Shown here: positions 60,701 to 64,000 of the stretch, piece after piece
Position numbering within the stretch: the stretch's first letter is position 1
Layout: every line of letters begins with the position of its first letter
Assembly (NCBI GenBank): GCA_040954595.2
Contig: CM082579.2
Location: 7,677,625 to 7,741,624, forward strand
DNA: 64,000 nt
DNA from: Balanoglossus misakiensis
Taxonomy: Eukaryota > Animalia > Hemichordata
Reading direction: 5' to 3'
Translations under genes and position numbers: made by a program
The notes under the pieces: model-generated
Database searches by the model: none
Told to the model about the DNA's origin: nothing
Seen by the model: only the letters and a program-made list of their open reading frames with translations

Positions 60701-61453
60701 CTCTCAGTGGTTCCAGTGCACTTTTTTAATTGATATAACCATAGACCCTAGAGTCTATGATATAACTATGCATTTTTGGATGAATGCATGAACGAATGAA
60801 TTGTTCGTATCATAACAAAAGGCATGCACGATTTGCGCCTTTTTTCAATAGAGCCAGGAAGTACGCTTTCAAACAATACGAATACCTAATAAGTGTACTT
60901 GTTCATGGTACAATCAATAATAACGTGAATTCCACACTTCAGTGCATGTATTCTCTTGTGCAAGCCACGGAGACCAACATACCACTATCTGTACAAAAAA
61001 TCAGCCTTGAGTCAATCGGTCTTCTAGATTTCGCATCAAAAAAAGTTAAATCATAATTGCTTTATATAAAACAACAATCAGTCGCAGTGGGGAAATATTT
61101 TTCACATGCCACTTTGACTACAGAAAAAACTGGCTCTGTTTAACGTGTTTGTACACGAGTCAGTTTAATACGTGGTCATGTTATAATCGCATTTCTTGCA
61201 ATGGAAACTCTTGCCGGGAAGCTAAAAATTTGCTTACACACAAGAATATGGCAATCGTGTAAGAGCAGTTCGCATTACAGACAGGACACTACCTTGTGCA
61301 AATTCAACCCATTGTGTTTTTCTTCTCTACATATTCAATTTTTCGCATTGGGGACACATAGTATAATTGTTTTGTGCTGTGCCATATATGTAGTGTATAG
61401 AAAACATAATGAACCACCAACACGAATCTTTTGGAAACGTCCGCTCTGAAATG

Positions 61454-62473
61454 TCACGAATCACCGCTGATGGAATCTGGCTTTCTGTACCTGTCCCACA
61501 CGGCCTTCGCGGATGACATACAGGATCCTATTATTATGACCGCGCCTCCTATCAAATCCAGAGTAACTGGTTTGACGCCAGCGACAGCATACTGCAATAG
61601 AAATGCCGCCACCAGTTCCAGAACACTCAGTATACCCGCCACACCAACTCGTTCGAAGTGCGCACTGCCAATTTGAGAATATGCTGCAATCATACCAAAG
61701 GTACAGAATCCGAAAATGTACAGTGCAGTGGCAGACGGCATATCCCAGATTGGTCTCTCCGTGCTAAGTGTAAGGATCAAACTAATGAGAAGCGCAAGTG
61801 AATTTGCATACAACAGTTTAGGGACAACTCCAACTTCTTCGCCCAATGCCCTTGTGATAATTAGGAGCAGAGATAAGCCGACCGAAAAAACAACTGTGTA
61901 AACATATCCCAGTAATTCGTATGTGTTCTCCGTCGAATGTTGTTCCTCGCCTAACCACGGACGAGTAATTAGTAGGACTCCAGTAATATTGAGCACAGCT
62001 GCTGCTATGTCGACGAATTGGCAAGGATCTCCAAGAAATATCACACCTGCACCGACTGTTGATATGACCATGATTGCCTTTGAGACGGCTGTAAAATCGC
62101 CCAGACTGATATACTTCAAGGCATGGTAAATCGTGAGAGAACTCCCACACAATGATACTGCCAGGAGCACGAGGAGTGTAGTTTGTTTGCAATTTCTATA
62201 AATCAGCTTCGGTCGTTGGAAAGCAGCTATTCCCACAACTGGGAGAAGAGTAGACAGCGTCATTAAGAATGACTGTTGCGCTGGGGGTACCTCACTTGCA
62301 AGGCCGGCAAACAAATTAGATACCGCATACAAGGGTCCGTTTATCAATGCCAATGTCACTCCCAACCATGGCTTGAATTGTCGACGACACGATCTGTCCG
62401 TTTCCGTAGAACCGCTGTTCACATTGCGGCCATTGGTTGGATTTTCAGCTGATAAGAGAAACGTCTTTTCCAT
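61454..62473 (-). CDS. SLC35G/EamA (DMT superfamily) transporter, intronless
   Basis: 339 aa with about 10 hydrophobic segments, YHALKYISLGD, IFLGD..AAVLNITGVLLITRP and LIGGAVIIIG. Confidence 0.85.
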   Translation of the reverse strand: MEKTFLLSAENPTNGRNVNSGSTETDRSCRRQFKPWLGVTLALINGPLYAVSNLFAGLASEVPPAQQSFLMTLSTLLPVVGIAAFQRPKLIYRNCKQTTLLVLLAVSLCGSSLTIYHALKYISLGDFTAVSKAIMVISTVGAGVIFLGDPCQFVDIAAAVLNITGVLLITRPWLGEEQHSTENTYELLGYVYTVVFSVGLSLLLIITRALGEEVGVVPKLLYANSLALLISLILTLSTERPIWDMPSATALYIFGFCTFGMIAAYSQIGSAHFERVGVAGILSVLELVAAFLLQYAVAGVKPVTLDLIGGAVIIIGSCMSSAKAVWDRYRKPDSISGDS

Positions 62474-62933
62474 CGTAGACTCTTTGTAATTATGTGCGCT
62501 GAGTCTTTATGAACCTATACTTATATAAGTACGGATATGGCAGCGGTTCATGTCTGTGACTATTGTTCATTCATACCAAACGCATATATATGTGAGATAC
62601 GTAACCATGCATTGTTCTCAGCAGCGCCCAGGTTCCGAAGCATGTTTTTTTTTCCAAGCGTTGGGGTGGGTGGTTTCTAGGCCTACTGCTCTGGGATCGA
62701 GAAAATGGCATTTAAAACCGCAGCTACCACAACATGCACATCCCTCACCCAATCATTTATTCATCAACCTGGTTTGACTGATACAGCAAACTGAAAATTT
62801 CATATTTGCCATCTCTCTCTTATCTCTTACGTATACCGTTTAGATAAAGGGGGCAATAAACACACCTCAACTGCATATGTGCGACTTTTTGACTCCCACC
62901 CTTTAACCTTTTGGAGGCAGACAAGACCATAGT

Positions 62934-63164
62934 TAGACTTGCTCCAAGTCTATGGGCTTCATTATGTGTAGGGAACGCGTAGGCCGACGCTACCCGAAAC
63001 CACAAGCTCAGTCGCAAATTCGAAACTCGCCTCACTACCAAAAAACACGCTCAAGGCAAGTATGCACGCAAAAAGTATTGAAATTATTTATTAAGACAAA
63101 AAACAACGAAAACACAAAAAGTATTGAGATTTAAAAATCACCAAGCGACTAGTGGGTTAGTCTA
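62934..63164. mobile_element. ~230-bp non-autonomous element with a 9-bp TSD (copy 2, inverted relative to copy 1)
   Basis: TAGACT...AGTCTA ends, flanked by gaccatagt / ggccatagt (1 mismatch). Reverse complement of 41751-41977. Confidence 0.85.
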
Positions 63165-63288
63165 GGCCATAGTGTTCAAAGCACATTTAATAGAGCGACC
63201 GTTGGTCAAATATAACTTATTTTGACGTCTTTGACTATAGTCCCATCTCGCGACGCAGTCTAGTAAATGTCCATGTAGAGTGACGTCT

Positions 63289-64000
63289 CTAATTCGTTCT
63301 GTCACCCGCCTCCAATGTCATCTTCGACTTATTTTCCCAGCATGCATAGCAGGCGACTATTGCTGAACTCGTTACTATAAGAACGCTTCCGACAATTTCC
63401 AAAACTTCCAAAGTTTGGCTGAATATGGCGACATCGCCGATGTAGGCCACCACAATCTGCGCGTTCGCTAAAAGTACAATTGTGGCCGCGTTTTCCTTGT
63501 GAAGGGCGAACATGATAGCGAGTGAAGCCAACATGTAGCACAGAGACTGCGCAAGAACGTAGACCCATGCGATCGTAGGGAGATGCCACGTTGCGGTGGC
63601 TTCGATGAAAAGCAAGGGAAAGGTCACCACAATGCCGCAGACTCCAACATACAACAAAATAACCACAACGTGCACATCTGGCACGCCACGAATAGCCACC
63701 GCTGAAATCGCAAAGCAAATGGCGGTAACTATACTGAGAAAAATCGACACGCCTTGGTAGAGTTCATGTCCTTCGTCGACGGGGTCACTTTTGAAACTGA
63801 ACGACGGTCCAGCTACGAGTATGATGCCGACGATGTTGAAAATACTGCTGATTGCGTCGGTCCTCTTCCATCGGTCACGTAAGAACAGACAGGCAATGAG
63901 TGGAGTGAAGATTGGCAATGCGCCAAAGGTGATGGACGACACGTTCCCAGCAAGGCCAAAGGTGAACGCATAATACATGGCGATTCGTCCAGCGTTTTCG
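63289..64000 (-). CDS. Second SLC35G/EamA transporter, 5' end beyond the window
   Basis: PIFTPLIACLFLRD..GIILVAGP, ALHKENAA, QIVVAY and EIVGSVLI; the gene appears to continue past the window edge. Confidence 0.85.
   Translation of the reverse strand, partial: ENAGRIAMYYAFTFGLAGNVSSITFGALPIFTPLIACLFLRDRWKRTDAISSIFNIVGIILVAGPSFSFKSDPVDEGHELYQGVSIFLSIVTAICFAISAVAIRGVPDVHVVVILLYVGVCGIVVTFPLLFIEATATWHLPTIAWVYVLAQSLCYMLASLAIMFALHKENAATIVLLANAQIVVAYIGDVAIFSQTLEVLEIVGSVLIVTSSAIVACYACWENKSKMTLEAGDRTN

Overview
This is intron-rich genomic DNA from an invertebrate animal, plausibly a marine deuterostome, though the taxon cannot be fixed from this window. Gene models were assembled by hand from splice sites and reading-frame phase; family calls are from recalled sequences, not database searches. 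In order: TMEM70; a 1.5-kb foldback transposon; two tandem 12-exon lipoxygenases; a WSCD-type sulfotransferase without a WSC domain; a 3-exon, signal-peptide-bearing full-length homolog of bacterial VioB/RebD/StaD indole-imine-coupling heme enzymes; a type I membrane protein ending in a death effector domain (DED) with a triplicated exon; a single-Ig membrane protein; a SPRY-NHR-ARM protein with a NEURL4-type ADP-ribosyltransferase-like C-terminus; a folate receptor; a lone replication-type histone H3; SPATA5 head-to-head with RPAP2; and two SLC35G/EamA transporters. Several non-autonomous DNA transposons are also present. The strongest leads are the secreted VioB-like enzyme, the receptor-DED fusion and the SPRY-NHR-ARM-ART protein.
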